From a virus, in IMG/VR virus record IMGVR_UViG_3300032240_002575, positions 13,606 through 77,605 of that record: a stretch of DNA of 64,000 nucleotides; one strand, 5' to 3'. The notes beneath the pieces are model-generated. The model was not told the origin of the DNA. It ran no database searches and saw nothing but the letters and a program-made list of their open reading frames with translations. Both the position numbers and the translations under genes were made by a program. Numbering within the stretch: position 1 is the first letter of the stretch; every line of letters begins with the position of its first letter. Below are positions 19,757 to 31,300 of this stretch, piece after piece.

Positions 19757-20431
19757 TTATTTATTGTATTTGAAATCATCTTTGAACCCGTTTCCTTGAA
19801 ATGAACTTTTGATATCATTGACGTTAATGTCAGTTACATCATCAGGAGTCAAAACATAATCATTTTTTCCTGTTTTTTCCATCTCTTCTTGTTTGTCATC
19901 AAAAAATTGTGAAAGTTTTTGGTTAAATGGATATGAATCATAACTTCTTAATTCCAATTTTTCTTGAGGTGTCTTTTCTCTGTATTTTTCAATTTTGTTT
20001 TCAAGAGCATTAAGTTTGTTCATAATTGCATCCATCTCACCTAATTTTGATTCTAATTTGTTGAGTTGCCCAAATAAGTTTTCAAAATAATCATCTTGTT
20101 TTGTTTGAATATCTTTTTGAGCCGTAACCAATTCAGTGATGTCTAATTCTTCTGAATCAGATGAATCGTCTTTTTTTTCGTCAGATTTTCCTTCATCATC
20201 AATTTTTTCAACATCAGGGTCGTTTTCAACATCAATAGGTTGTGAGCCCGTTGGTTCTGCAGGTGGTGGTGGAGGTGTTACTCCGGCACCTGCAGGTGGT
20301 GGTGGAGGTGCCGCTCCTGCTTCAGGTGCTAATGCTCCCAAATCAGGTACTGCAGCATCTTGTTCCAAGATATAATTGTTGATACTTTTGTATCTATTAA
20401 TTTCGTTTAATATTTTTCTATCTAAACTCAT
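19757..20431 (-). CDS. Hypothetical acidic, proline-rich coiled-coil protein (possible internal head or scaffold protein)
   Basis: 224 aa with two poly-Pro tracts, an acidic middle and the heptad segment LNKLESKLGEMDAIMNKLNALENKI. Confidence 0.5.
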   Translation of the reverse strand: MSLDRKILNEINRYKSINNYILEQDAAVPDLGALAPEAGAAPPPPPAGAGVTPPPPPAEPTGSQPIDVENDPDVEKIDDEGKSDEKKDDSSDSEELDITELVTAQKDIQTKQDDYFENLFGQLNKLESKLGEMDAIMNKLNALENKIEKYREKTPQEKLELRSYDSYPFNQKLSQFFDDKQEEMEKTGKNDYVLTPDDVTDINVNDIKSSFQGNGFKDDFKYNK

Positions 20432-20437
20432 TTTGGT

Positions 20438-20662
20438 TTACCCGTTTAATAATTGTTTTATTCCTTTTGAAGTTTCTACCCTAACTTTTCTGTTAGCCGT
20501 AGTTTGGTGACCAGCTCTTTCAATAAGACCATCTCTTTCTCTTACAGTGTAACAATCACCAGTATCTAAATCACACACTTGTTTAGTTCCGTCACCGTTG
20601 TCTTCTTCTGAAAATCTTATAGATTTTCCAAGATAGTTGTCTAAAGTTGCTTTTAAGTTCAT
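20438..20662 (-). CDS. Small hypothetical protein
   Basis: 74 aa with a CDLDTGDC motif; TATTTATA upstream. Confidence 0.55.
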   Translation of the reverse strand: MNLKATLDNYLGKSIRFSEEDNGDGTKQVCDLDTGDCYTVRERDGLIERAGHQTTANRKVRVETSKGIKQLLNG

Positions 20663-20703
20663 AAAATTCTTTTTATATAAATATACGATTAGAGTGATAA
20701 GTT

Positions 20704-23700
20704 TTACTTTAATAATATCGGCATAGTAAATGGAAGATAAACATCGAGAATAATGTCTTTAGGGTTGCCAGTTGTATTGAATTTTGTTAATGAGTTTGGT
20801 GACACCGCAACAAAATTAAACGTATTATAAATTCTTGATGCTGTTTTTAATTCTTCATCCGTTATAACACCTACTTTTTTTATTTTTTCTATAACTTCGT
20901 AATCCGAAACAAAGAATTTTTGTTTGTCGGCAGTAAAATTACCAACAAAATCATTTTTCATGTTTTTTTCCGAATCTATCACTCGTTCTTCAAAAGTATT
21001 GTTTGGTCCTTCAACTATCTTCACAACTTTCCAAGTCCACGTTAAATCGTAAGGAGACATTTCCCAAAGTCCTGCAGCAAGATTAACACCTACTGTAAGT
21101 TCTTCAACACTTCCAGTTAAATTAGTTTTGGTGTTCCCAGTCAAAACAATTGGACCAGTTTGTTGCGGTTGTGTGTTCACATTTGGTGGTGCGCCCGGTA
21201 TTGGTGGAGGCGCTGTTGGAGTTTTTTGATTTGGATTGTATGTGAAATTACCTAAACTAATTCCATCTCCGTGTACACCATGGACAATTATCGGGTTATT
21301 TTGTGGAAGACCCGTACTACTAAAAGGAACTATAACAGTCATATTTGTAGAACTTATACTAGTAATACCTGTTGTGGTTAAAACATTGTTGATAGTTACA
21401 CCAGTAACAGTATCCAAGTTTGCGCCTATAATTGATAAGATAGTTCCTGTAACACCAGTCAATGGACTAAAAGATTTAATTGTTGGTGGTGGACACGAAA
21501 CCACTGCTGTATTTGTTGTATTAACGTTGTTAGGCGTTGGTTTAACTCCTGCATTAGCATCAACAATCGCTTTGGTTTGTTTTGCGTTTTGTTTTTTAGC
21601 TAATGTTGTTGATTCAACGTTCAATCCAGCATGTCCTGCAGAATTAAATGCCTCTTGTAATTTTGCATCCAATGTTGTATATTGTGAAATATTTGCATCA
21701 TAATACGATTCTGCAACATTATCTACGGGCCAATGACACACATAAAATTTGGTAATACCAATAGCATTATCACCAAAAACTCTATCAACTTGAGGTGATA
21801 ATCTTGAAACCATAAAATCCATAAATTTGGTAATTGTATCAAAGTTTGCTATAGGTTGGGATGTTTGTTGTGTTGTTGAGTTAGAAATTTTAAGACATGA
21901 ATATTTGTTTTTTGAAAAATAAGAATCGGAATATCCATAATCCACGGTTAAAGTTATGTTTGCAAAATTGTTATTGTAACCATAAAATTGATTTTGTTGA
22001 AATGTTGTTACATAACTAATCATGTAAATTAAAGTTTGTAAATTTACATTGTTTGGTACTCTTTTCTTTATCTCTGCTACGAATTCTTGAGGAGAAAGTC
22101 CGACTGAAGTTGAAGTTTGAACATCTCCCCAATCTGTAAATGGTGATACTAAATTAGCTCTACATGAATTTTGTGCCGCAGCAGCATTCTTACCAGACTG
22201 GTCAACGTATTTAGATTTATCAATATTTGTTTCAGCTTTAGCTGTAACGTCATCTTTGCTTGTTTTAACAATTGCTTCAATTTTTGACAACAAGTTTTGA
22301 TTGATACTTTGTAAATAATTTTCTATCGATGGCATATCGTAGATTCCTTGTCTAATTCCTGTAAAAGCCGTCTTGAAATCACCTTGAGTAATTGTATGAT
22401 TTACTTCGGTAATTAAATAAGGCCCATTAAACATGGGTACGTGTCTTAAATTGAAATACATAGTTGGTTGTAACAAAGCGTTACCTAAACATTGAACTTG
22501 ACATTGATAACTTCTTTGTTTGTATAAGTTATATAATCCAACGTTTTGAGTTGCAACATTTCTACCTTTGGCTTGGTCAATCATGTTCAATTGTGTTTGG
22601 ATTGTTTCGGAAGTTGCTTTACCACTATCCATAGAAACGTTCAAACCATAAAATATATTTTGATTTCTAGTCCCAACATCAACATTAAATCCAACACATT
22701 TGTTTGAAATAGCCCAATCTTTTTTATTTGTTTGATTTTCTATTAAAGGGTTTTCTGAAGCTCTCCTCAACTCAAAAGCATCGTCTCTAAATCTTGAGTT
22801 ACCTTTTGGTAAATCCAAAATTGTTGATGGTTTTCCGGCATAAAAACAAATCATTTTAGGACCAGAATTTCTATAATCAACATCCAAAAAGGTTCCCCAC
22901 ATATTATCTGCAAATTCTAATTGTCCTTCAGGTTGTGGTATAGTTGTACCATCAACATCTTGTATGTTATAAAAATTTACGTATGCCGGTAATGGCATTA
23001 CATTAAATTTATTTTTAATTAACAATCCACTCATGAATGTGAAGACACTCATTTGCATGTTTAACGCATTTTCAGTGAACATGTTTTTCAAATCAAATAT
23101 ATCAACAATAATTGTGTCTCCGATATTTCTTGATGCTCTATCCAAAAACAATATGTCTTCGAACAAAGTTTTAGATTGATAGTCTGAACCAGCAATCCAT
23201 TTATCATTTAAGGCTTTGAAAACTTCATAATTTTCAACTTTACTTTGTTCTCCATCAATCACACTTGCAACTGCTTTTTCAGGTAACTCTTGTTGGTCAG
23301 GTAATTTGTTTCTCACTTGAGTTAAAACCAAATCCAAGATATTGTTTTGAAACTGTGTTGTATTGTTCAAATAAGTTTGAATATCATTTTTGAACATCGA
23401 AGGAGTTATTGATGGGTTATATAGTTTTTGTGTCGCATACATTTTAATTAATGGAGCTAGCAACACAACGTTGTTCGAACTAAACTCTATATTATTATCG
23501 ATGAAAAAATCTGTTATGTAAGAACCATTATCAGTGTATGTTAAATTTGTAATCGTTGAAAAACCAACTTCAGTTTCCAATGCCAACCACGCTTGTGAAT
23601 ATTTTGATTTAGATTGTACAATTGTTGTGGTACCTCCTTTAGAAGGTAAACTTCCTTTTACATATGGGTTAAATGTTATTGGGTCTTGGATTGGATTTGT

Positions 23701-26700
23701 TCCACCTCCTTGAGCCAAATAAGACGCAAAGATTCTTCTTTTATATTGTGCAGGATTTCCATATTTCAAAATCACATCATATTCCAAAAATGACTTTATT
23801 GTGCTTGCGAATAAACTTAATTGTTTATCACCAATGTTTTTGAAATATTCACCGTTTGTTATTGAAGGATTCTTACTTTCAATTTCCATCATACTTGTAA
23901 AAAGATATTGGAAATTCTTAAATAACGCATTCGGGTCTACAGGTGACTGACCAATTCCTACTGTTGGTTGATTACCCAAATCGATGTTTCCAACAGGTTT
24001 ACAGAAGTTCAAAAATTCTTGTTCGAATTTGTCTAATATACTTTTATCAAAGACAGAAAATATTTCTTCAATTTTTGAGTAGTCATCAGCAATCAACATC
24101 TTAAATGGAGCTTGTTGTGTGTTACCACTTGTAAATTTGTTTAGATATGAGTCTGGTTGTGGTTTTTTAATTTGGTCGTTGTTAAAATATCCATAATTTG
24201 GTGATGACCATAACAATCTAACTGAACCATTATATATTGATGGATTATCTGCAAATGGACAAACGGGTATACCTCCAACCAAACATTCAGTGTTTACTTG
24301 GTTTAGTTGAGTTCCAAATGATGGAACAACATAGTATTTTAACCCTGCAGTGTTGTTTGATGGATTACAATTAGCCCCATTTGTGATTGGGTCTAATGGA
24401 ATATTTGGTACGATTACTGACCACGTTTGTATACTAGATGTTAAAATTGGAGTGTTTTGCGGGAAAGCAATTGTTTGAGCATTTACATTTGATTCTGTAA
24501 AATTATAAACTTTAACACCATAATCTATACTAGCTTGAATTTCGGCGTCATTATAATTCACATACAAATCGTATCCATTATAAAAAACATTAAAATCGTT
24601 GATTACTTTTGGATAAAATCCTGTTTGTATTGAAGTAGAATTGCTCGATACTTTCTGAAGGGTAATGTTGTTTTTTCCCTCAAAATTGAAAGTATAAGTT
24701 TTTGTATCTGAACTCGTTATTGGGTCAAAATTTGTTTTATAGTCAAAATTTTGCCAAGCAGAGTCTAGTATATCAACATTTGTATTTTTGTAAGTTTTAT
24801 ATCTATACCATATAGAACCAAGTTTCAAAACCCAAGCATAAGGCATTTTGTGAATTGCCCCAAACTTTTTGAAACAAGACGCAATGTAATCCAAATCACT
24901 CGGAGCATTGTATGTCTTATATTTTTCTTTTAATGACGCAATTGGCAACGAGTTAATAAAAAGATAAGCGGCCTGTGTATATGGATATGGGTCTTTTTTT
25001 CTCCAATTATAAACACCGTTTTGAATTGAATTTACAAAATAAGGTGTGTTTAACATTGAGGTTGTTGTTTCAACATTAATGTTTTTATTTGGAGATAAAT
25101 AATTGACATAACTTTCTGTTGGTACAAAAACTGTTGGGTCTTTTCTTGTATCATAAAACACCGTCAATCCTACTGAATTTATTTGGTTAGTAGGATTAGA
25201 AACTTTCAAATAAGAAAAATTGGTTACAGGTCTATTTGTTGAGTAGTCATAAACACTTTCAAAATTAGAAATAACATCTCTATCTTCAAATACTGTCAAA
25301 ACTTTACTTGTGTTGTAGACAGAATTTTTAGTGTTTGTCACACTATTAGCCATGTTTTTGGAAACCCATGAAGGGTCTGTAAATGGATAAGTATCAATTA
25401 TTATTGGGTCATTTGTGCTAGTTTTTGCCAACTGAATCAATCCATCATATTTTGTATTTGTTTGTGGTTCCTTACCCAAATCGTTCAAACTCAAAATGTT
25501 AAATGAGTTTTCAGTTAAGTTTTTGATATAGGGTGTAACATAAAAATCTCTTATAAAATCTTGATAAGCTCTACCTGTTCCTTGATTTGAAATGTTTTCT
25601 AGAAATAAAGGATACTGTTTGGCGTTCAAACCATAATTTTTTAATTTGAAAGTTATGAATGGTGAACTGATTCCAAGTCCTGTAACGATGTTGTTTGTTT
25701 CAGCACTTAAGATAGTTTTTGTAAGTTGGTCTAACTGGTTGTTTGTTGCTCTGATGAAACCTGAATAATTTGCCGTCAAATATTGTCTTTCCCATATTTC
25801 GTAGAAAAATTTTACTTCTTGTTTGTTGGCGTATGCAATACCTTGTGATGGATATTCAATTGCGTTGATGTTAATTACATGTGTTGTACTCTGACTATCA
25901 ATTGGTGGTTGTGTTGTAGGTTGAATAAATTTTTGAGTTAAACCCCTCATATATTCTTCAACAAATTCAACTTCAGGCCACTTTTTATATAGGTATCCTT
26001 GAGTTATGTCTACGTTTCTTGGGTCAGCAATGTATCGTAGTTGGAATCTACCCTTTTTATCTTCAGGTGTTTCAACAAAGAATTGTGGCCATGGGTAAAC
26101 CGGTATTTGTCCGTTAACCAATCCTTGATTATCACTTTGGGCTTGTGGTGATATTTTTACATCGTCCCTTGTTTCGGTACTTGGTGCCGATGCTGGATTA
26201 TTCAAAATTGCCAACTGTCTTACAGGGTCATATCTAACATTCCATGCATTTGTATGAACCTCGTCCAGTAATCTAATAAATCCTTCGGCAGATGCCATGA
26301 TAACTGCACATACGTTTCTAACTGTGGGTTTGAATCCAAGTCCAGTTGCACTGTCTTCTATTTTCTTCGCCAAATCTGACGTTATCGCAGTTTCATATTC
26401 CGACAACTTCTGATTAGCAATCGTTTCCATTTTTGATAACAAATCTCTAAATTCACTGAAAACAAACAATGGAGGTACAACCACGTTCCCAAAAATGTTT
26501 TCAAATCTTGTGTCTGCGGTGTCCTTTTCTAAAACAGGTTTAATTTGTTTTTCTATTAAAGTTTGAGTTAGTTTTAGGTCGGCTTCCGTTGGGGTTAAAA
26601 TACCTGTCTGAGCTGTTGTAGTTTTTACTAAATCAATATCCGTTAAAGCAACTTGTTTTATGAACGTGTTTTTAGTAATACTATTCTTGATTGGTGTTTT

Positions 26701-28035
26701 ACCATAAATCCCAAGTGTTTGGTTGTCAGCCAAAAGTTTGTTGAAATCTGTGGTCATTCCACTCAACTTACTAGCGGCATCTTGTTTTTTTACTGGGTCG
26801 TCTATATACTCTTGTCTGAAAATATAAACTTCTTGTCCTGTACCTTTTAATATTACAGGTTTGGTATTCATGTATTTGTTGAACCAAGAATCTTTGTTAC
26901 CATAAATTTCGTTATAATAATTCCCTAAAGTTTCTTTATAATTTCTAATATTAGTCAACGGTTCTACGTCAGCCTTTGTATATGAATTTTGAATTGTTTG
27001 TTCGAAAGTATTCAACAAGTTCATCAACTCTGCCATCGTTAATTCTGGAAAATCAGGGCTTATTAAACCTTTAGCTTTATATTCACTATAAACTTCTAAA
27101 ATTTTTTGATAACCTTTTTCTGTAACTAATTCGGTTGTAACATTACTTGTTGAATTCGTCGCAGTTTTTGCAACAGCTTTATCAACCAAATTTAATTGTG
27201 CCTGAATTGTTGCTCCACCAGCTCCTTCTGATGCTGTTGGCGATTGTGAAACATTGAACGTTTTATTATACATGTGTGGTGTAGCAAATAAACTACCCAT
27301 CGATATTTCATTCAAAATGTTGAATTTATAACCAACAAATTCTAAATCAATTTGATAGTTACCACTAAACGTGTTGAATCGTGCATTGAATTTAAGAAGG
27401 TTTAATTGAAACCTCACAGCTTGACCATAGTATCCTTTGAGTGTTAAATAAAATGGGCAGTATGGTAAATTGAAAAATGCGGAATATGGTGAATAATCTC
27501 CAAGTTGGAATAATGCTCTGCCTTGGATATCCTCTAACGTCATGGTGACACTTGGTACGAATGAAGTGTTTGTTTTTACGTTTATACTCGTAATTCCTAA
27601 CAATCCGTTGTCGGTTGCCTTCCCACCTGGGTCAGTAACAACCATTTTGTGATATGGTTTGGTTCCATCTTTTGGGTCAATTATTTTGTCCTCCATTTGA
27701 TTAACCCCTAAACCGTTTACAGTGTTTTCACCAGTCAGTTCGTCATAATATCCTGTTGTTAAATTTTTACCTTCTGTTGGTCTCAAAAAATTCATTTTTG
27801 CAACAGAAATTGTTCTAACTCTATCTTCAGGACTTCCACCTACAGATAGTTTTGTTCTTGGCACAACTTCAGCCTCAAGATTGGCAAACATGACCAAATT
27901 TTCATGGTCAACCAATCTTTCTCTAATGTTTCCAAATGCATCAATAGTTTTGTTTGGGTCAACCACAATAATATTATTATAGTCAAACTCAACTAAAATA
28001 TTTCCGCTGTTGTCTCCTTGAACGTTACCTGCCAT
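20704..28035 (-). CDS. Giant baseplate hub/tail-associated protein with an IPT/TIG domain near the C-terminus
   Basis: 2443 aa. GITSINVK...VTMTLEDIQG and GNALLQPTMYFNL...FNGPYLITEVNHTI...F.T.F.G are hub (gp27/GpD-like) patterns. PTIKSFSPLTG..GT.LSI.GANL...FTY is an IPT/TIG domain. Confidence 0.6.
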   Translation of the reverse strand: MAGNVQGDNSGNILVEFDYNNIIVVDPNKTIDAFGNIRERLVDHENLVMFANLEAEVVPRTKLSVGGSPEDRVRTISVAKMNFLRPTEGKNLTTGYYDELTGENTVNGLGVNQMEDKIIDPKDGTKPYHKMVVTDPGGKATDNGLLGITSINVKTNTSFVPSVTMTLEDIQGRALFQLGDYSPYSAFFNLPYCPFYLTLKGYYGQAVRFQLNLLKFNARFNTFSGNYQIDLEFVGYKFNILNEISMGSLFATPHMYNKTFNVSQSPTASEGAGGATIQAQLNLVDKAVAKTATNSTSNVTTELVTEKGYQKILEVYSEYKAKGLISPDFPELTMAELMNLLNTFEQTIQNSYTKADVEPLTNIRNYKETLGNYYNEIYGNKDSWFNKYMNTKPVILKGTGQEVYIFRQEYIDDPVKKQDAASKLSGMTTDFNKLLADNQTLGIYGKTPIKNSITKNTFIKQVALTDIDLVKTTTAQTGILTPTEADLKLTQTLIEKQIKPVLEKDTADTRFENIFGNVVVPPLFVFSEFRDLLSKMETIANQKLSEYETAITSDLAKKIEDSATGLGFKPTVRNVCAVIMASAEGFIRLLDEVHTNAWNVRYDPVRQLAILNNPASAPSTETRDDVKISPQAQSDNQGLVNGQIPVYPWPQFFVETPEDKKGRFQLRYIADPRNVDITQGYLYKKWPEVEFVEEYMRGLTQKFIQPTTQPPIDSQSTTHVININAIEYPSQGIAYANKQEVKFFYEIWERQYLTANYSGFIRATNNQLDQLTKTILSAETNNIVTGLGISSPFITFKLKNYGLNAKQYPLFLENISNQGTGRAYQDFIRDFYVTPYIKNLTENSFNILSLNDLGKEPQTNTKYDGLIQLAKTSTNDPIIIDTYPFTDPSWVSKNMANSVTNTKNSVYNTSKVLTVFEDRDVISNFESVYDYSTNRPVTNFSYLKVSNPTNQINSVGLTVFYDTRKDPTVFVPTESYVNYLSPNKNINVETTTSMLNTPYFVNSIQNGVYNWRKKDPYPYTQAAYLFINSLPIASLKEKYKTYNAPSDLDYIASCFKKFGAIHKMPYAWVLKLGSIWYRYKTYKNTNVDILDSAWQNFDYKTNFDPITSSDTKTYTFNFEGKNNITLQKVSSNSTSIQTGFYPKVINDFNVFYNGYDLYVNYNDAEIQASIDYGVKVYNFTESNVNAQTIAFPQNTPILTSSIQTWSVIVPNIPLDPITNGANCNPSNNTAGLKYYVVPSFGTQLNQVNTECLVGGIPVCPFADNPSIYNGSVRLLWSSPNYGYFNNDQIKKPQPDSYLNKFTSGNTQQAPFKMLIADDYSKIEEIFSVFDKSILDKFEQEFLNFCKPVGNIDLGNQPTVGIGQSPVDPNALFKNFQYLFTSMMEIESKNPSITNGEYFKNIGDKQLSLFASTIKSFLEYDVILKYGNPAQYKRRIFASYLAQGGGTNPIQDPITFNPYVKGSLPSKGGTTTIVQSKSKYSQAWLALETEVGFSTITNLTYTDNGSYITDFFIDNNIEFSSNNVVLLAPLIKMYATQKLYNPSITPSMFKNDIQTYLNNTTQFQNNILDLVLTQVRNKLPDQQELPEKAVASVIDGEQSKVENYEVFKALNDKWIAGSDYQSKTLFEDILFLDRASRNIGDTIIVDIFDLKNMFTENALNMQMSVFTFMSGLLIKNKFNVMPLPAYVNFYNIQDVDGTTIPQPEGQLEFADNMWGTFLDVDYRNSGPKMICFYAGKPSTILDLPKGNSRFRDDAFELRRASENPLIENQTNKKDWAISNKCVGFNVDVGTRNQNIFYGLNVSMDSGKATSETIQTQLNMIDQAKGRNVATQNVGLYNLYKQRSYQCQVQCLGNALLQPTMYFNLRHVPMFNGPYLITEVNHTITQGDFKTAFTGIRQGIYDMPSIENYLQSINQNLLSKIEAIVKTSKDDVTAKAETNIDKSKYVDQSGKNAAAAQNSCRANLVSPFTDWGDVQTSTSVGLSPQEFVAEIKKRVPNNVNLQTLIYMISYVTTFQQNQFYGYNNNFANITLTVDYGYSDSYFSKNKYSCLKISNSTTQQTSQPIANFDTITKFMDFMVSRLSPQVDRVFGDNAIGITKFYVCHWPVDNVAESYYDANISQYTTLDAKLQEAFNSAGHAGLNVESTTLAKKQNAKQTKAIVDANAGVKPTPNNVNTTNTAVVSCPPPTIKSFSPLTGVTGTILSIIGANLDTVTGVTINNVLTTTGITSISSTNMTVIVPFSSTGLPQNNPIIVHGVHGDGISLGNFTYNPNQKTPTAPPPIPGAPPNVNTQPQQTGPIVLTGNTKTNLTGSVEELTVGVNLAAGLWEMSPYDLTWTWKVVKIVEGPNNTFEERVIDSEKNMKNDFVGNFTADKQKFFVSDYEVIEKIKKVGVITDEELKTASRIYNTFNFVAVSPNSLTKFNTTGNPKDIILDVYLPFTMPILLK

Positions 28036-28348
28036 AATAATAAAAATAATTTGCTAATGCTGCTTTGTAATCTTGTAATGAAGGTAATAGAGGAAATGGA
28101 ATAATCAATACAGCACCATCATATATGTAATTTTCAAGACCTCCAAACTCTGGATTTGCTTGCAAAATTAACCAACCAAAATATGGTGAGTTATAAAATT
28201 CTTGCGATATAACGTCCAACCTACTTCTCCCAACTTTATAAATGTAAGTTTTATCAGTTGTTTTTTGGGGTATATTAACAAACGGAACAACAGTTTGTTC
28301 ACCATTTATTAAAAAATCACTATATCGGTTCCAATATTGATATGCCAT
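28025..28348 (-). CDS. Small baseplate protein, LysM/GpX (gp53)-like
   Basis: Pattern RLDVISQEFYNSPYFGWLILQANP...G..L.IP. Confidence 0.7.
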   Translation of the reverse strand: MAYQYWNRYSDFLINGEQTVVPFVNIPQKTTDKTYIYKVGRSRLDVISQEFYNSPYFGWLILQANPEFGGLENYIYDGAVLIIPFPLLPSLQDYKAALANYFYYYGR

Positions 28349-31300
28349 TAGTTAAGTTTTGCTTTTGATATAAATACGTTTGCAGGATTTTCGTCAGTCC
28401 AAGTTTTATTGTTTGTGTTTTGATTTTCAATCCAACCCAATCCTTTTATTAATTTTTGTTGTGCATCTGTGTTTGCCCCTTCTGTTGTATATTCAAACGT
28501 TCTTTTCTTTTTCAAAGTAAACGGAGTGTATTTCAAGAATTTTTGTAATTTTTCTTTTTCCATGTAATCCAAAAATTCTTTAGTTATATTGTTTTCTTCA
28601 ACAAAGGCCGGTTTTGCAATTGTGTCCCAATATACGTTGAACTCCTCTGCAATATTTTGTGCCCCTTTTCCTATAATACCGTTATTATTAATAATATTAC
28701 CAATCAAAGCATTTTTGAAGGTTTCGTATTTTTTTGAATCAACATCATCAGAAACACACATATATACTCTTCTGAAAATTTTATCTTGATATAAAGAACT
28801 TGTACTGAATGGCTTAAACACGTCTGATGTTGAAAACTTATATGATTGTTCAAAGACCATTATTCCCGTATATTTTTGTTTATCCCCTGTATATGTAAAT
28901 TCCGTTGGTGTATAAACAACATCGTTAAATTCTTTGATGTTAGTGTTGATTTGGATAACATCATTTTGAAATTCAACTAAAGTATTGTTAGCCCCCGTAG
29001 ATGTTGGGTCAATATCTTTTGTTGGATACAACACGTACGAAGTTACTTTTCCATCTTTTAATTGGTATCCATCTGTGAAAGTGTCTGCAATTGCAGGATA
29101 ATTAATGGTATTGATTCTTCCCAAATATCCAATATAACTTTGTTGAACATCTACCATATTATTAATAATTGTTGTGATGCCGTTTTGGAATGTACTTCTT
29201 TTATTTTTTACAAAATTTGAGTAATTTTCTTGTACTTGTTTTATTAAACGTTTTGAAAAATTCAACTTGTCTTGCGAAATGAATTGAATGAACCCTTCGT
29301 CTCCGTTTTTAATGTTTTTAACAAGTTCATCAAAAATTTCATTTGTTCTTTTTTCAATGTTATATGATTTACCGAATAAAGTGGTTGGTAAGTCTTTTGT
29401 AATTAAAAAATGGCCGTCCGTATAAGTTCTTTCCATCATCCATTGTTGACGAACTGCGTTATTATATTGATTTACCGTTTCTTTAGATTTATTCAAAACG
29501 TTAGTAAAATAGTTTTGAGTTTCTCCAACTACTTTATCCATAAACACACTATAGTTTATAGTACCAGTTTGTCCTGTTTGTGATACAACATTACTTGTTA
29601 CGTCACCTATCGGTTTATCATTACTTTGGCCGTTGTTTGGTGTTGACTGATTAATAGTTGGAGGTGCTTGGTTACTTGCGCCCAATTTCAAAAATTCAGC
29701 ATCGATAACTTGATAACTCAAATCTGTTGCATCTGCTCTATCATCATATATTTCCGTGTTTGCATAATAGTTAAATGTCAAAGCATTTTGGAGTTTGTCA
29801 ACTGACTCTTTAAGTCCACTTCCTCCAACAAAGTTGAACGCCAAAGTTACATTTGCAATCATTGGTTGGACACCGATACCTTCCGGATTTATATCCAAAT
29901 TTTCGTAACTAAGAGAAAGTGAAGTTGGTATAATTTTAGTATTATAAAAATCCCCAACTCTCAAAATTAACACAGGTGGAGCACCAAAAGCAGTGTTTGT
30001 AGCATTACTGTAATCAGGTGAAGGCGTACCATTAATTGCTTTAATTGTTGGTATTGTATCACCTGGTCTCATACATTGTTGTAAAAATGTCAATCTAGAA
30101 TTAAGCCCTTCTGGGGTAATTGAATGAAATGCTGGTTGAAAAAACCTGAGTTTATCTCTCAAATTATCGTATACCATCGGGGTATCTTGTTTTATTGTTT
30201 CAAAATAATCACACTCTGAAAGCAAAGCTCTCAAAACTCTTTTACTTATGTTATCTCTATCTACAATTTTAGTTTCTGTAGTTGGTTTCGTCTCTGTTTT
30301 TGTAACAACATTTCCAGTTACCACAGTTGTTTTTTTCGGTGGTAGTACCGTGTTTGGTGCCTTTAACGTAGATTTAATACTAGAAATGTAGGCCCTTCTA
30401 CAAGCCATCGCGTTTGTGGTGTATATTTCTTTGTTTGGACTTACTTGGTCGTCATTATCAGTACAAGTTACATTTCCTTTAGGGAAAAAAGATTTCGTTT
30501 TTTCATCATACGAAAGTGGTTGTGCACTTTCACCAAGATTTTTACCAGGTACAACTATAAGTCTTTTTTCTTTAACATATTGGGAAACTTTAGTATTACC
30601 TGTAATATAAATTGCTGCTGAATCTATTCTTCTTGAAGCTAACTTTTTGTTATAGTCTTTTTTTGCCGCAGCTGAAGTTGTTGCGTCTATAGTTATTGTG
30701 ATGGTTCCCTCTTTGTCTTGACTATTTGTAAATTGTTTCACAATTTCATTAATTAAACCATCAATTTTATCTTTGTTTGCGGTAACAACACTACCAAAAA
30801 ATGAACTAGTTTGAGTCGCAGTACTAGGTGATTGTTTCGCATAATAGTCTTTTTGTGAAACATAAGGTCCATAAACATCTCCAAAGTTCACTTGGTACTT
30901 TGTTGGGATGTCATTGTCAAAATAAAATCCTAGTTGTTCGTAACTTTTTAAGGTTGTTTCGGGCGCACCTCCAATACTGTTGTCGCTTGATAATTGGTCA
31001 TCAGTTTTGAGTGTACTTACAGTGTATTCTAATTGTTCTTTAGTTAATTGTTTAGATGAAATTGCTTGTTGAATATCATATAAGTCGTTAGGTGAAATCA
31101 TATAATATTTTTTTGCCAATTCATACAAATCATATTTTCTACATCCTGCAAAAAACGACTCTAAAATACTGTCTATTCTGACTTTGTTTGTTTCATTTCC
31201 GAGTACTTTATTTACAATAACATTCAGAACTGAAGGGTGGTCTACAACTATTTTCCAACTTAAACTGCCAGTTCTATTAGTATTTTTGTATGTATAGATT

